DNA from: a virus
Lineage: Duplodnaviria; Caudoviricetes
Length of the DNA stretch: 26,823 nt
Virus record (IMG/VR): IMGVR_UViG_3300037478_000552
Span: 1-26,823 of that record
Strand: one strand, 5' to 3'
Of this stretch, positions 25,561 through 26,823 are shown one piece after another (the first letter of the stretch is position 1; every line of letters starts with the position of its first letter). The translations under genes and the position numbers were made by a program. The notes below the pieces were generated by a model. It searched no databases and was not told where the DNA came from. It saw nothing but the letters and a program-made list of their open reading frames with translations.

Positions 25561-25877
25561 TGTGGGAGCTGCTGGAGGCTGTCGGGACAGTGCTGTTCGT
25601 GTTGGACGCGCTCGGGCTGGGCGTGTTCGTGATCCTGTACGGCGTCCGGTCGCACTGGCGGGCTACCGAGGTGGGCCGGATCGTGCTGAGGTTCATGGCG
25701 GCGCTGCTGGCGATTATGTCGGCGGCGATCGTGCTGCATTTCGTCGGCGAGGGGCTGCTGGCCGAGCATGTGCGGTTGATGTTGCGGGTGTTGCTGTTCG
25801 GGGCGCTGCTGGGCGGGATCGTGCATCTGAACGTGGTGTTGGTCCGGGCTCAACGCCGCCGGTCTGACGAGGGGTGA
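25560..25877 (+). CDS. Putative holin (3 TM)
   Basis: Three hydrophobic segments, WRATEVGR loop, basic C-terminus; ATG 25560 in TGATG overlap. Confidence 0.7.
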   Translation: MWELLEAVGTVLFVLDALGLGVFVILYGVRSHWRATEVGRIVLRFMAALLAIMSAAIVLHFVGEGLLAEHVRLMLRVLLFGALLGGIVHLNVVLVRAQRRRSDEG

Positions 25878-25880
25878 GGG

Positions 25881-26069
25881 GTGATGGTGATGGTGTCTGC
25901 ACGTGAGCAGGTGAAGGCGATCCTGTCCGGCGTCCTGGCCGGGCTCGGCACGCTGTCCACGGCGCTGGTCGACGGGGCGGTGACGCCGGCCGAGTGGACG
26001 GCGGTGGCCATCGCGACGGTAGCCGCGTACGCACTGGTGTACCGGGTGCCGAACGGGGAGGCGACGTGA
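25881..26069 (+). CDS. Putative holin (2 TM)
   Basis: KAILSGVLAGLGTL...DGAVTPAEW...VYRVPN pattern of small actinophage holin-like proteins. Confidence 0.72.
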   Translation: MMVMVSAREQVKAILSGVLAGLGTLSTALVDGAVTPAEWTAVAIATVAAYALVYRVPNGEAT

Positions 26070-26091
26070 CCCGACGGCAGGAGGCGCGGGA

Positions 26092-26325
26092 GTGAGCGGG
26101 CTGGCGCGGTGGCGGCTGGCCTTCCTGGGCCTGACGGCGTTGGTCATCGGCATGGAGGTGTGGGCCAGCGTGGACGGCGACCCGGACACCCGGCCGTGGA
26201 CCGACGAGATCGTATCGGCGATTCCCGCCGAGGTGGCGTTCGCGGGCATTGGCGCGTTGATGCTATGGGTTCCGCTCCACTTTGCTATTCGTTACTGGCG
26301 GCGGCACCGGGAGCGTGAGGACTGA
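26092..26325 (+). CDS. Small 2-TM membrane protein
   Basis: Two hydrophobic segments flanking DGDPDTRPWT; basic C-terminus; GGAGG upstream. Confidence 0.68.
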   Translation: MSGLARWRLAFLGLTALVIGMEVWASVDGDPDTRPWTDEIVSAIPAEVAFAGIGALMLWVPLHFAIRYWRRHRERED

Positions 26326-26353
26326 TGGGCTTTTTCGAGATGAGGGAGTGAGA

Positions 26354-26587
26354 ATGGAGAACCCGCAAGGCCGGCATCCCGGCACAGTGAGCATCGCGCG
26401 GTACTTCGAGTACGAGCACCTGAAGGTGCCACTGCGTGGCGTGAGTGAGCGGTGCCACGACCTGGCCGAGGCGATGATCCGGGACCTGCCGGACGGCCCA
26501 GAGCTGACCACCGGGCTGCGTAAGCTGCTGGAGGCGAAGGACTGCTTCGTTCGCGCGGCGCTGGACACGGCGCAGAGCAACGCGTGA
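26354..26587 (+). CDS. Small helical protein, possibly Acb2/Tad1-like hairpin fold
   Basis: RBS GAGGGAG; YFEYEHL...DLAEAMIRDLPDGPELTTGLRKLLEAKDCFVRAA. The gene is well supported; the function is tentative. Confidence 0.6.
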   Translation: MENPQGRHPGTVSIARYFEYEHLKVPLRGVSERCHDLAEAMIRDLPDGPELTTGLRKLLEAKDCFVRAALDTAQSNA

Positions 26588-26694
26588 TGCGCGGCTAGAC
26601 TGAGCGCGGTAGAGGCGCGCACGGGCGTCTTCGTGCATGGCCCCTCGGAGTCAAGGGGCAAGGCCGTCGAGGGTGGCGGCACCGTGCGACTCCG

Positions 26695-26726
26695 AAACGG
26701 GACCCCCGGCGCCGGGGGTCCCGTTT
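26695..26726. terminator. Intrinsic terminator (likely bidirectional); perfect 32-bp palindrome
   Basis: AAACGGGACCCCCGGC followed by its exact reverse complement GCCGGGGGTCCCGTTT, then GCTGTTGT. Confidence 0.8.
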
Positions 26727-26759
26727 GCTGTTGTGACGTAGACTGTCGCGGGGTGGCAG

Positions 26760-26797
26760 CGGCCCCCAGGGTTGAGCTTCAGCTCCCCTGGGGGCCG
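26760..26797. terminator. Second GC-rich hairpin (terminator-like)
   Basis: CGGCCCCCAGGG pairs with CCCTGGGGGCCG, with inner GAGCT/AGCTC; followed by GGCTCTTT. Confidence 0.6.
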
Positions 26798-26823
26798 GGC
26801 TCTTTCACCGCAGACTGGTCCCG

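Noticed and set aside
26618-26688. Canonical tRNA gene
   Set aside because: No TTCRA T-loop, no D-loop consensus, and an 8-nt central loop; kept only as a candidate structured RNA.
1-26823. CRISPR array, integrase/att site, diversity-generating retroelement, inteins
   Set aside because: No regularly spaced repeats, recombinase, reverse transcriptase, TR/VR pair or intein motifs were seen by eye; temperate versus lytic lifestyle cannot be determined from this window.

Overview
High-GC (actinobacterial-type) siphovirus or prophage morphogenesis and lysis region, almost all on the + strand. Gene order: small and large terminase, HK97-type portal, prohead protease and major capsid; an accessory block; head-tail adaptor, tail terminator-like protein, HK97 gp10-like protein, tail tube, chaperone with -1 frameshift, tape measure, minor tail proteins, endolysin and several small membrane (holin-like) genes; then terminator hairpins. 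The most unusual part lies between capsid and adaptor. It is a closely coupled run encoding a C2H2-zinc-finger protein, a TylF/NovP-like O-methyltransferase, a LicD-like phosphotransferase, a GT32-like glycosyltransferase and a TagF/TagB-like glycerophosphotransferase, interrupted by an HNH endonuclease with its own promoter and structured leader, followed by a lectin-plus-repeat fibre module. The tail-tip gene is a PhoD-like phosphodiesterase with an inserted LamG-like domain, fused to a tail hub-like domain. Together these suggest a phage system that writes, and possibly erases, a teichoic-acid-like phosphodiester glycan; this is inference and untested. Also present are an antisense membrane-protein moron with its own promoter and palindrome, a possible Acb2/Tad1-like small protein, and a candidate structured RNA at the 3' end. 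All family calls are from motif recognition by eye; no searches were run.
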